NCBI GenBank assembly: GCA_030746635.1
Contig: JASLMH010000003.1
Coordinates: forward strand, 1-63,659
Length of the DNA stretch: 63,659 nucleotides
Direction of reading: 5' to 3'
Source of the DNA: Alphaproteobacteria bacterium
GTDB lineage: Bacteria > Pseudomonadota > Alphaproteobacteria > GCA-2731375
A program made the position numbers and the translations under genes. The notes beneath the pieces are model-generated. The model saw only the letters and a program-made list of their open reading frames with translations. It did not search any database and was not told the origin of the DNA. Below, one piece after another: positions 40,729-50,216 of the stretch; the stretch's first letter is position 1, and the number at the start of each line of letters is the position of its first letter.

Positions 40729-41447
40729 TCGGCTACTTCATCCTGGGCATCTGCCTGCTGGCGGCCGCGCTGCTGGTCGGCAGATGGCTGGTCAGTGCCG
40801 ACCCGCGGTTCCTGGCCAAGGTGCTGCGCTACTCGGGCTTCGGTCTGCTGGCGGCGACGGCGGTGTTTTTCATGCTCACCGGCCGGTTCGGTTGGGGTCT
40901 GCCGTTGGCCTTCATCGCCTTGACCATGTTGCGGCGATGGCGGTTGCCCAATCTGGGGCCGGGCTTCGGCCTGGGCCGCAAGCCATCCCAGGGACGAAGT
41001 TCCGACGTCGAAACCGACTATCTGCACATGACCCTGGAACACGATACCGGGGTGATGGCCGGTCGCGTGCAAAAGGGCGCCTACGCCGGCAAGAATCTGG
41101 CGGAGTTGGCGTTGCCGGAGTTGGTCGAGCTGCTGGCCGAATGCCATCGCGAGGACCCGGAGGCGGCGCAACTGCTCGAAGCCTATCTTGACCGCACGGC
41201 GGGCGGCGATTGGCGGGAGGCGGCCCAGGCTTCGGCCGGGGGCGGCGGCAGACCGGCCGGCGACGACGGCGCCGGCATGACCGTCGAGGAGGCCCGCGAG
41301 ATCCTGGGCGTGGCGATCGGGGCCAGCGCGAACGAAATCCGCGAGGCGCATCGGCGATTGATGCTGAAACTGCATCCCGACACCGGCGGTTCCGACTACC
41401 TGGCGGCGAAGATCAACCAGGCCAAGGATCTGCTTCTGGGGAACTGA
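40725..41447 (+). CDS. Membrane-anchored protein with a C-terminal J-domain
   Basis: N-terminal TM helices; EAREILGV...[27 protein letters not shown]; ATGA overlap with the VWA gene. Confidence 0.88.
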   Translation: MIGYFILGICLLAAALLVGRWLVSADPRFLAKVLRYSGFGLLAATAVFFMLTGRFGWGLPLAFIALTMLRRWRLPNLGPGFGLGRKPSQGRSSDVETDYLHMTLEHDTGVMAGRVQKGAYAGKNLAELALPELVELLAECHREDPEAAQLLEAYLDRTAGGDWREAAQASAGGGGRPAGDDGAGMTVEEAREILGVAIGASANEIREAHRRLMLKLHPDTGGSDYLAAKINQAKDLLLGN

Positions 41448-41540
41448 CGCGCCGCTTGCGCGCGGCAGGACGACATGGCAAAACCCGTCAGCGTTCGCTG
41501 GAGGGGGCGGACGCCCGCGGTTCAAGATCGGACTGGTAAC

Positions 41541-42413
41541 ATGCAAATTCGCAAGGCGGTGTTTCCCGTCGGTGGCCTCGGCACGCGGTTCCTGCCGGCA
41601 ACCAAGGCGTTGCCCAAGGAAATGCTGCCGATCGTCGACAAACCATTGATCCAGTACGCGGTGGAGGAAGCGCGGGCCGCCGGGATCGAGGAGTTCATCT
41701 TCGTGACCGGGCGCGGCAAGACGGCGATCGAGGATCACTTCGATCACTCCTACGAGTTGGAGGATCTGTTGTCGTCCCGCGACAAGGACCAGGCGCTGGC
41801 GCAAATCAGGGACTCGGTACCGCCGGCCGGACAAGTCGCCTACACCCGGCAGCAGGAACCGCTGGGCCTGGGTCATGCGGTTTGGTGCGCCCGCAATCTG
41901 ATCGGCGATGAGCCCTTCGCGGTGCTACTCGCCGATGATCTGATCCTCGGCGAGGACCCCTGCCTGCGGCAAATGGTCGAGGCGGCCGGGGAAACGGGCG
42001 GCAACGTGGTGGCGGTCATGGATGTGCCGCGCGAACATACCGGACGCTATGGCGTGCTCGACGTCGGGGCCGACGACGGCCGCCTGGCCGAGGTTAGGGG
42101 TTTGGTCGAGAAGCCCGATCCAGCCGAGGCGCCGTCCACCCTCTCGGTGATCGGCCGCTATATCCTGGTGCCGGAGGTGTTCGACTATCTGAGCCAGATG
42201 GAGCGGGGCGCCGGCGGTGAAATCCAGCTCACCGATGCCATGGCGAAGCTGATCGGCGATCATCCCTTTTACGGCTTGCGGTTTACCGGTACCCGCTTCG
42301 ATTGCGGCGACAAGCTGGGATTCCTCAAAGCCACCGTGGCCTTCGGCCTGGCCCGCGACGATTTGCAGGAGGGTCTTGGCGCCTTCCTCGAGGATCTGGT
42401 TGCCGGCCGCTGA
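41541..42413 (+). CDS. galU: UTP--glucose-1-phosphate uridylyltransferase
   Basis: KAVFPVGGLGTRFLPATK, LGLGHAV, VEKP, GEIQLTDA. Confidence 0.96.
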   Translation: MQIRKAVFPVGGLGTRFLPATKALPKEMLPIVDKPLIQYAVEEARAAGIEEFIFVTGRGKTAIEDHFDHSYELEDLLSSRDKDQALAQIRDSVPPAGQVAYTRQQEPLGLGHAVWCARNLIGDEPFAVLLADDLILGEDPCLRQMVEAAGETGGNVVAVMDVPREHTGRYGVLDVGADDGRLAEVRGLVEKPDPAEAPSTLSVIGRYILVPEVFDYLSQMERGAGGEIQLTDAMAKLIGDHPFYGLRFTGTRFDCGDKLGFLKATVAFGLARDDLQEGLGAFLEDLVAGR

Positions 42414-42449
42414 GGCCTCGCCGACGGCTATTGGAAAGGCGGTCTAGCC

Positions 42450-43766
42450 ATGCAAGTCACGATGATCGGAACCGGATATGTCGGTTTGGTGTCCGGTGCC
42501 TGTTTTTCCGAGTTCGGTCATCACGTCACCTGTGTCGACCTGGACGCGGCCAAGATCGAGGCATTGCGAGAGGGCCGCGTGCCGATCTTCGAGCCGGGCC
42601 TCGAGCAACTGGTCGAAAGCAATGTCGCGGCCGGACGGTTGAGTTTCACCACCGAGCTGCAGAAGCCGGTGGCCGAGGCCGAGGCCGTGTTCATCGCCGT
42701 CGGCACGCCGTCGCGACGGGGTGGCGGCCACGCTGACTTGACCTATGTGTTCGAGGCGGCGCGGGACATCGCCGCGGCGCTGGACGGCTATACGGTGATC
42801 GTCACCAAGTCGACGGTTCCCGTCGGCACCGGTGCCGAGGTCGACCGCATCATCGCCGAGACCCGGCCCGAGGCGGAGTTCGACGTCGCCTCCAATCCGG
42901 AGTTCCTGCGCGAGGGCTCGGCGATCGGCGATTTCATGCGGCCGGACCGGGTCGTCGTCGGCACCGACAGCGAACGGGCGAGGGGGGTAATGCGGGAATT
43001 GTACCGCTCGCTGTTCCTCAACGAGACGCCGGTGATGTTCACCCGGCGACAGACCGCCGAACTGATCAAGTATGCCGCCAACTCCTTCCTGGCCGCCAAG
43101 ATCACTTTCATCAACGAAATCGCCGACCTCTGCGAGAAGGTCGATGCCGACGTCCAGGAAGTGGCCCGCGGCATCGGCCTGGACGGCCGCATCGGCAACA
43201 AGTTCCTGCACGCGGGCCCCGGCTATGGCGGCTCCTGCTTTCCCAAGGACACCTTGGCCCTGCTGCACACGGCGGCGGATCTCGACACGCCGCTGCGGAT
43301 CGTGCAGGCGACGGTGGACGTCAACGATCAGCGCAAGAAGGACATGGCGGGGCGGGTGCTCGAGGCTTGCGGCGGGTCGCTGCAGGGCAAGACCGTCGCC
43401 GTCCTGGGCCTGACCTTCAAGCCCAATACCGACGATATGCGCGACTCGCCCAGCCTGGACATCCTGCCGGCATTGCAGGCGGCGGGCGCGCGGGTGCGGG
43501 CCTACGACCCGGAAGGCATGGACGAGGCGCGGGACATGCTGGACGGCGTCGAGTTCTGCGACGACACCTATGACACCCTGCCCGGCGCCGACGCCCTGCT
43601 CATCATCACCGAGTGGAACGAGTTCCGGGCCCTGGATCTGGCCCGGGTCAAGCAACTGCTGGCGGCGCCGGTCCTGGTGGACCTGCGCAACATCTACGAC
43701 CCGGCGCTGATGCGGGAGTTGGGCTTCGACTATGTCTCGATCGGCCGTCCCGCCGTTGCTCCGTGA
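42450..43766 (+). CDS. ugd: UDP-glucose 6-dehydrogenase
   Basis: GTGYVG, SNPEFLREG, GYGGSCFPKD, FKPNTDDMRDSP. Confidence 0.95.
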   Translation: MQVTMIGTGYVGLVSGACFSEFGHHVTCVDLDAAKIEALREGRVPIFEPGLEQLVESNVAAGRLSFTTELQKPVAEAEAVFIAVGTPSRRGGGHADLTYVFEAARDIAAALDGYTVIVTKSTVPVGTGAEVDRIIAETRPEAEFDVASNPEFLREGSAIGDFMRPDRVVVGTDSERARGVMRELYRSLFLNETPVMFTRRQTAELIKYAANSFLAAKITFINEIADLCEKVDADVQEVARGIGLDGRIGNKFLHAGPGYGGSCFPKDTLALLHTAADLDTPLRIVQATVDVNDQRKKDMAGRVLEACGGSLQGKTVAVLGLTFKPNTDDMRDSPSLDILPALQAAGARVRAYDPEGMDEARDMLDGVEFCDDTYDTLPGADALLIITEWNEFRALDLARVKQLLAAPVLVDLRNIYDPALMRELGFDYVSIGRPAVAP

Positions 43767-45175
43767 CGACCAAACCCGATAGGCGCGCCATGCTGCAACG
43801 ACACCGGTTCCATTCTTCCGTGCTGCGGGAATACGATATCCGCGGCATCGTCGGCGAAACCCTGTCGGAAGCCGATGCCTATGCCGTCGGCCGGTCGCTG
43901 GCCAGCATCGTCGTGCGCGGCGGCGGCACCAAGGTGGCGGCGGGATATGACGGCCGCCTTTCGTCGCCGCAGATGCTGGCGGCGCTGGTCGACGGCCTGA
44001 GGGATGCCGGCGCGGCGGTCGCGCGGATCGGTCGCGGGCCGACGCCGATGCTGTATTTCTCGACCTTCCATCTCGGTGCCGACGCCGGTGTCATGGTCAC
44101 CGGCTCGCACAACCCGCCCGACTACAACGGCTTCAAGGTGATGCTGGGCGGCAAGGCGTTTTACGGCGAGCAGGTCCAGGACCTGGGCCGACTGGCGGCC
44201 ACTGGCGACTGGCTTGAGGGGGCCGGTACGGCCGAGGACGTCGAGGTGCGGCAGGCCTATCTCGAGGAGCTGGTCGCCGCCTATGCCACCGAGACGGCCC
44301 TGTCGGTTGCCTGGGATTGCGGCAACGGGGCGACGGGCGACATTCTGCCGGCCCTGATCGATCGGTTGCCGGGCCGGCACATCGCCCTGAACGCCGAGGT
44401 CGACGGCACTTTTCCGGCCCATCACCCGGATCCGACGGTGGCCGAGAACCTGGTGCAGTTGCAGCAGGTGGTGGCCGCCGAGGGCCTGGATTGCGGTATC
44501 GGCTTCGACGGCGATGGCGACCGGATCGGCGTGATCGACGGTCAGGGGCGCATCCTCTGGGGCGATCAATTGCTGGCGATCCTGGGGCGCGATGTGCTGG
44601 CCGAACGGCCGGGCAGCACCATCATCGCCGACGTCAAGGCCAGCCAGGTGCTGTTCGACGAGATCAGGCGGGCCGGCGGCGTGCCGCTGATGTACCGCAC
44701 CGGCCATTCCCTGATCAAAAGCAAGATGGCCGAGACCGGCGCGCCGTTGGCCGGCGAGATGAGCGGCCATATCTTCTTCGCCGACAAATACTACGGTTTC
44801 GACGATGCCCTCTATGTCGCGGTTCGGTTCCTGGACGCGGTGGTTCGCAGCGGCAGCAGCGTTGCCGAATTGCGCGATTCCCTGGGGCAGATGGTGAACA
44901 CGCCGGAGGTGCGCTTCGATTGCGATGACGAGCGCAAGTTCGGGGTGGTGGAAGAGGTCAAGGCGGCGCTGCAGGATGCCGGCGCCGAGTTTTCGGACGT
45001 CGACGGCGTGCGGGTGTCGACGGCGGACGGCTGGTGGCTGTTGCGGGCCTCCAATACCCAGCCGGTGCTGGTGGTGCGCTGCGAGGCGGCCGATCAGGCC
45101 GGACTGGATCGCCTGAAAGCGGCGGTTACCGAAGCCCTGGCGCCCCGGGGCGTGACGCCGCCGGCGGGGTTCTAA
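43763..45175 (+). CDS. Phosphomannomutase/phosphoglucomutase (AlgC/ExoC-like)
   Basis: REYDIRG, TGSHNP, DGDGDR, GEMSGH, RASNT; start GTG 43763 or ATG 43790. Confidence 0.95.
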   Translation: MTTKPDRRAMLQRHRFHSSVLREYDIRGIVGETLSEADAYAVGRSLASIVVRGGGTKVAAGYDGRLSSPQMLAALVDGLRDAGAAVARIGRGPTPMLYFSTFHLGADAGVMVTGSHNPPDYNGFKVMLGGKAFYGEQVQDLGRLAATGDWLEGAGTAEDVEVRQAYLEELVAAYATETALSVAWDCGNGATGDILPALIDRLPGRHIALNAEVDGTFPAHHPDPTVAENLVQLQQVVAAEGLDCGIGFDGDGDRIGVIDGQGRILWGDQLLAILGRDVLAERPGSTIIADVKASQVLFDEIRRAGGVPLMYRTGHSLIKSKMAETGAPLAGEMSGHIFFADKYYGFDDALYVAVRFLDAVVRSGSSVAELRDSLGQMVNTPEVRFDCDDERKFGVVEEVKAALQDAGAEFSDVDGVRVSTADGWWLLRASNTQPVLVVRCEAADQAGLDRLKAAVTEALAPRGVTPPAGF

Positions 45176-45193
45176 ACCGCTCCCGATACTTCA

Positions 45194-46417
45194 CTAGCGG
45201 CCGTAGCGTCCCTTGATCGGCCAGACGAACCAGACATAGGCGACGACCTGGGTGGCGATGGCCGCCAGGAACGAGGTGACGTAGGCGATTTTCGGGTAGC
45301 CGCCGTCGGCGCCGGCGGGCCAAAGCTCGATGATCCAGCCCATGCCGTACTGGTAGGCGAAGGCCATGACGAAAACCATGACGTTGGCCGCGGTATTGGC
45401 TCGGCCGATCCGGCTCTCCGGGAAATGCTGCGCCAGGGCGGCGAAGACCAGGGCGGTCATGGCGCCCACCAGGCCGACGAACAGCCACAGCGCATGGGTG
45501 AACCCGACCGCGCCGATGACGACCAGTAACAGGGAGCCGATGGACAACAAGGCCGACACGCCGCAAATGTCAGCCATGTCCAGGCCCAGGCGTTCCAGCG
45601 CCGCGGCGAAGGAACCGCTGGCGGTTACCCCGATGGTCAAGCCGATGGCCAGCAGCAACAGGTGATTGGCGGTGGTGGCCCGCGACATCTCCCCCACCTC
45701 CATCAGCCACGGGCCCGCCCAAAGACCCTGGATCGCCATGTTGGCCGAGGCGCAAGTGAACATCAGCGGCACGATGCGCCAGAAATACGGATCGCGGTAG
45801 ATTTGGCCGATTTCGGCGATCTGCTGGCGCAGACTGCCCCCCGCCGCCGTCTCGGGTCGCTCCGGCACGACCAGCAGAATGGCCAGCGCCGCAACCAGGG
45901 TAGCGGCGGCCAGGATCATGAACAGCTGCCGCCAATCCATGATCTGCAGGGCAAACTCCACAGGGGCCGTCGCCGTCAGGGCGCCGATCCCGCCGGAAGC
46001 CAGATACCAGCCGTTGACGAAGGCGATGCGGCGGCGGGGAAACCACATGACGATGGCCTTCAACGCCGCCATCAGGCCGCCCGAGACGCCGAAGCCGATC
46101 ATCGCCCGGGCCAGCACGAGACTCAGCACGTCGTCACCCCAGGCGAACAGCAGGGCGCCGACAGCCGCCAGGCAATACAAGCTGCCCTGTACCCGGCGCG
46201 GGCCGTAGCGGTCCAGCAACAAGCCAAGCGGAATTTGAAAAGCCGCGAAGCTCAGGAAGTATGCCGCCGACAACAGGCCGAGGTCGGCCGCGCCGACGCC
46301 GATGTCGTCGCGCAGATACGGCGCGACCACCGCGTTCACGGTGCGATAGAAGTAGGAAAAGAAATAGCCGCAGGCGAAGGGCAGAAACACCAGCGCCATG
46401 GTTTTCGCGAAACTCAT
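45194..46417 (-). CDS. MFS transporter
   Basis: About 12 TM segments; GLLLDRYGPRR motif A. Confidence 0.9.
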   Translation of the reverse strand: MSFAKTMALVFLPFACGYFFSYFYRTVNAVVAPYLRDDIGVGAADLGLLSAAYFLSFAAFQIPLGLLLDRYGPRRVQGSLYCLAAVGALLFAWGDDVLSLVLARAMIGFGVSGGLMAALKAIVMWFPRRRIAFVNGWYLASGGIGALTATAPVEFALQIMDWRQLFMILAAATLVAALAILLVVPERPETAAGGSLRQQIAEIGQIYRDPYFWRIVPLMFTCASANMAIQGLWAGPWLMEVGEMSRATTANHLLLLAIGLTIGVTASGSFAAALERLGLDMADICGVSALLSIGSLLLVVIGAVGFTHALWLFVGLVGAMTALVFAALAQHFPESRIGRANTAANVMVFVMAFAYQYGMGWIIELWPAGADGGYPKIAYVTSFLAAIATQVVAYVWFVWPIKGRYGR

Positions 46418-46557
46418 GGCGACTGGTTTGTCTTCGTTGTCGATGGTGGCCGGCGTCACGCTGTCTTGACTATCATGGCGGTGGCGCCGACGGCGGCACC
46501 AGGGGTGGGGCCGACCCATCTTGCGCCAGGACCGTAGGCAGGGCAAACCGGATTGGC

Positions 46558-47499
46558 ATGGCTGGTAATTTGAACGAGCTCTTCCAGGTGGCGCCGGACG
46601 TCGCCTCGGCGTTGGCCGAAGGACGGCCGGTGGTAGCCTTGGAAAGCAGCATCATCGCTCAGGGCCTGCCGCATCCGGACAACCTGACGGTCGCCGCGGC
46701 GATGCATCGAGCGGTGCGCGAACGCGCCGCCGTGCCGGCGATGACGGCCGTGGTGGATGGCCGCATCCGGGTCGGCCTGGACGAGGACGGGATCGCCCGC
46801 CTGGTGCATCCGGATTGTTGGAAATGCGGTGCCCGGGACCTGGGGCCGGCGGTTGCCGCTGGCGTCGTCGGTGCTACGACGGTGTCGGCGGCCTTGCGCA
46901 TCTCGGCCGCTCTCGGCATCCGAATCTTCGCCACCGGCGGCATTGGCGGGCTTCACCGTGCGGATCGGGCTCCCGGCGTGCTCGGTCGGCTGGATATTTC
47001 GGCTGATTTGATGGAACTGGCTCGCGCCCCGGTGGCGGTGGTTAGCAGCGGCGCCAAGTCGCTGCTCGATCTGGCCAATACCTTGGAGATATTGGAAGCG
47101 CTGGGCGTGCCGGTGTTTGGCTATCGCTGCCTGGAATTCCCGGCATTCTACACCGCCAAGAGCGGCCTGCCGGTGATGCGCCGGTTCGATGAACCGCAGG
47201 TCCTGGCGGGCGCCTTGGCGGCGCACTGGTCGCTGCCCGGGGCCGGCGGCGCCTTGATCTGTAACCCGCCGCCTGCGCACGAAGCCATGCCGGCCGACGA
47301 GGTCGAAGCCCTGGTCGTGGCGGCCCTGAAGGCGGCCGATGCGGCGGAGGTATCGGGCGGTGCGCTGACCCCCTTCGTGCTTTCCCATATGGCGACGGCG
47401 TCGGCCGGGCGTACATTGGCGGTGAACAGCGCCTTGGCCATCGCCAATGCCGATCTCGGCGGCGAGATCGCCGATGCTTTGCCAGACAGTGCGGAGTAA
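46558..47499 (+). CDS. psuG: Pseudouridine-5'-phosphate glycosidase (IndA family)
   Basis: VVALESS, GATTVS, FATGGIGGLHR, DISADL, GAKSLLD, TPFVL. Confidence 0.85.
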   Translation: MAGNLNELFQVAPDVASALAEGRPVVALESSIIAQGLPHPDNLTVAAAMHRAVRERAAVPAMTAVVDGRIRVGLDEDGIARLVHPDCWKCGARDLGPAVAAGVVGATTVSAALRISAALGIRIFATGGIGGLHRADRAPGVLGRLDISADLMELARAPVAVVSSGAKSLLDLANTLEILEALGVPVFGYRCLEFPAFYTAKSGLPVMRRFDEPQVLAGALAAHWSLPGAGGALICNPPPAHEAMPADEVEALVVAALKAADAAEVSGGALTPFVLSHMATASAGRTLAVNSALAIANADLGGEIADALPDSAE

Positions 47500-47512
47500 C
47501 GCTGGAAGCGGA

Positions 47513-48772
47513 CTAACCGTGTTGTACGCTGGCCTTGATCGAGGCCTCGGTCGGCGGCAGCGGCAGGCAGTCGAATTTGGCGTGGATGATTTGCCGGCAG
47601 GTTTCGTGCGCTTGCCGTTCGTTCAGGCCGCGCAGACGGGCCCGGTAGAACACCCCCTTGTCCTCCTCGATCGCGTCGATCGCGATATTGGCCTTGGTCA
47701 ACAACTCCGGCAGCACGCCGGTCAACTCCTTCAGGCGCAGGCGTGCGGTTTCCACCTGAGTGAAGGCGCCGACCTGCACCGACCAGGCGCCGACGGCGGC
47801 CGCTCGGGCCGTTGGTTTCTCTCGGAGCTTGGCGGTGATCCGCCGCCGATCGGGTTTGTCGCGGGGTACCGGCACGCGCGCGAAGAGGCCGTTCCGTCCG
47901 CCGACCCGGACGTATTGTCCGAGCCTTCCGGTGCCCGGGCCCCGCCGCAGTTTCTTGAAGCCGTTGTTCAGCAAGGTGCGCATGCGGCGGTCGCGGCTGC
48001 GGGCGGAACGGCCGCCGAACACCACGCCGACCAGTCGGTCGTCGCCGCGATTGGCCGAAGCCACCAGATTGAATCCGGAAGCCCGGATGTAACCGGTCTT
48101 CAACCCGTCGACGCCGCTGACCCTGCCGACCAGGCGATTGTGATTACGGTAGGTGCGGCCGCGATAGTTGAACGAGGTCTTCGAGAAGTAGGCGTAGTAC
48201 TGCGGGAAATCCCGCCGGATCGCCAAGGCCAGGCGCGCCATGTCGCGGGCGGTCGAAAGCTGCCGTCGGTTGGGCAGGCCCGAGGCATTGCGGAAAGTGG
48301 TCCGGCTCATGCCCAGGTTCCGCGCCCGCTTGGTCATCAGTCGGGCGAATTTGACCTCGCTGCCGCTGATCGCCTCGGCCATCACGGTGGCCACGTCATT
48401 GGCGGATTTCGTCACCAGGGCGAGGATGGCGTCGTCGACGCGGATGCGTTCGCCCTTTCGCAAACCCAGCTTCGAGGCCGGCTGCCCCGCCGCCCGCCGC
48501 GACGCCTTCAGGCGCTGGTCCATCCTAAGCTTGCCCTTCTCCAGCGCTTCGAAGGCCAGGTACAGGGTCATGATCTTGGTCAGCGATGCCGGGTATTTGC
48601 GGGAGTCGGCGTTCCTGGCGGCCAGGATCCGGCCGCTTTCGGCGTCGATCACCAGTTCGGCGTAGCGGCTTTTCGCCGCCACCACCGGCGCCGCCAACAG
48701 GGTGGCAAGTGCCAGCACGCCGATGATGGTCGGTTTGCCGACCCGACGATTAAGGGGGTGAAAAAGCTTCAT
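47513..48772 (-). CDS. D-alanyl-D-alanine carboxypeptidase (S11) with a C-terminal SPOR domain
   Basis: PASLTK (SxxK), SAN, KTG; WSVQVGAF...YRARL. Confidence 0.92.
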   Translation of the reverse strand: MKLFHPLNRRVGKPTIIGVLALATLLAAPVVAAKSRYAELVIDAESGRILAARNADSRKYPASLTKIMTLYLAFEALEKGKLRMDQRLKASRRAAGQPASKLGLRKGERIRVDDAILALVTKSANDVATVMAEAISGSEVKFARLMTKRARNLGMSRTTFRNASGLPNRRQLSTARDMARLALAIRRDFPQYYAYFSKTSFNYRGRTYRNHNRLVGRVSGVDGLKTGYIRASGFNLVASANRGDDRLVGVVFGGRSARSRDRRMRTLLNNGFKKLRRGPGTGRLGQYVRVGGRNGLFARVPVPRDKPDRRRITAKLREKPTARAAAVGAWSVQVGAFTQVETARLRLKELTGVLPELLTKANIAIDAIEEDKGVFYRARLRGLNERQAHETCRQIIHAKFDCLPLPPTEASIKASVQHG

Positions 48773-49005
48773 GAGCGACGGGTCACCGGCGGCTTCCGAA
48801 GAGCGGTTGAAAAGACCAAGCCATGATCCCGCCAGCCGCCAAATACGATAAACGAATCATTATGAATCTTAGGTAAACACCACCACTTTTAGCAATGTTT
48901 ATTTCAATTACAAGATTCTATTCGCCAAGACCCGATCCCGGCCGGGCATTGTTGTCGATTGCATTTTCGAAACGGCTCGGGTGGAGCATGGGTGCGGCTG
49001 CGGTG

Positions 49006-49092
49006 TGCGACGCACAAAAATTGGTGCAATGCAAAAATATCCTTGACAAAACTCAGTCAGTGCCTAGATTACGGCTATGTTGCAGTGCAACA
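49006..49092 (+). promoter_or_regulatory. Sigma70 promoter of the phasin gene flanked by three TGC-N3-GCA (PhaR-like) boxes
   Basis: TTGACA(49043)-N16-TAGATT; TGCGACGCA 49006, TGCAATGCA 49025, TGTTGCAGTGCAACA 49078-49092. Confidence 0.65.
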
Positions 49093-49183
49093 AAACAGGT
49101 TTTCAGTGAAACGGACGATGGTCAGGGGCGCGGCTGGGGCTGGCCGCCGCATCGACCGGCAGCAAGGCAAAAAGGATAGAGAG

Positions 49184-49693
49184 ATGACCGCAAAGTCGAG
49201 CAAGCAAGCACCCAACCAGGCAGCCGCCGGCACCGAAGATTTCGTTTCGGCCAGCCAGGAGGCGTTGCAGAATTTTGTCAAGGTCGGCGCCGAAAGCTAT
49301 GAAAAGGCTTTCGAAAATGCCCGCGACAAGGCCGAGGAAGTGGTCCGGGGTTACGACGATCTGGCCCTGACCAGCAAGGAGAACGTCGATGCCCTGGTGG
49401 CCGCCGGCACCGCCTACGGCAAGGGCCTCGAGGCGATGAGCGGCGAGTTCATGGGCTTCGCCAAGCAGATGCTCGAGGAAAACGTCAAGGTGACCAAGGC
49501 GGTGCTGGGCGCCAAGTCGCTGCATGAAGCGATGGACCTGCAGGCCAGCTACACCCGGCAAAGCCTGGACAGCCTGATGTCCCAGGGCACCCGGGTCGGC
49601 GAGCTGGCGACCAAGGTGGCGCAGGAAACCGCCGAGCCGATCAACACCCGGGTCACCACGGTGGTCCAGAAGTGGAGCAATATCGCCGCCTAA
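49184..49693 (+). CDS. Phasin family protein
   Basis: KENVDALVAAG, AKSLHEAMDLQASY, EPINTRV; upstream of clpS. Confidence 0.88.
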   Translation: MTAKSSKQAPNQAAAGTEDFVSASQEALQNFVKVGAESYEKAFENARDKAEEVVRGYDDLALTSKENVDALVAAGTAYGKGLEAMSGEFMGFAKQMLEENVKVTKAVLGAKSLHEAMDLQASYTRQSLDSLMSQGTRVGELATKVAQETAEPINTRVTTVVQKWSNIAA

Positions 49694-49705
49694 CAGGCGA
49701 ACACG

Positions 49706-49770
49706 GCCCTTCCCGGTCAGGGAAGGGCGGTTGCAGAAAAGGGTCCGGGTCCTCCCTCCGGGCCCTTTTC
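49706..49770 (+). terminator. Two tandem hairpins after the phasin gene
   Basis: GCCCTTCCC/GGGAAGGGC (49706-49728) and GAAAAGGGTCCGG/CCGGGCCCTTTTC (49736-49770). Confidence 0.7.
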
Positions 49771-49876
49771 CATTTCGTGAACCGCCACCCCTTCCAATAT
49801 GCCCATCATGGCCGATATTATGCAGGGTGGACGACGTCGGCCGGATTGGAACATGGGCGAAAGATATCCCAGCGAC

Positions 49877-50209
49877 ATGAGCGATCAGGATCGCGACGGC
49901 GACGTGGACGGCGACACCGGCACCGGCGTGGCCACGAAGACCAAGGCCAAGACCAAGAAGCCGTCCATGTACCGGGTCTTGATGTTGAACGACGATTTTA
50001 CGCCAATGGAATTCGTGGTCCATGTATTGGAACGGTTCTTCAACAAGAGTCAGCAGGAAGCGACGCAAATCATGCTGCACGTGCACCAGAAGGGGATCGG
50101 CGTATGCGGCATCTTTCCCTACGACATAGCGGAGACGAAAGTGATGCAGGTGGTGGATTTCGCCCGCAAGCATCAACATCCGCTACAATGCACAATGGAA
50201 AAGGTGTAG
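49877..50209 (+). CDS. clpS: ATP-dependent Clp protease adaptor ClpS
   Basis: [29 protein letters not shown]; start could be slightly upstream. Confidence 0.96.
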   Translation: MSDQDRDGDVDGDTGTGVATKTKAKTKKPSMYRVLMLNDDFTPMEFVVHVLERFFNKSQQEATQIMLHVHQKGIGVCGIFPYDIAETKVMQVVDFARKHQHPLQCTMEKV

Positions 50210-50216
50210 TGGTCTA

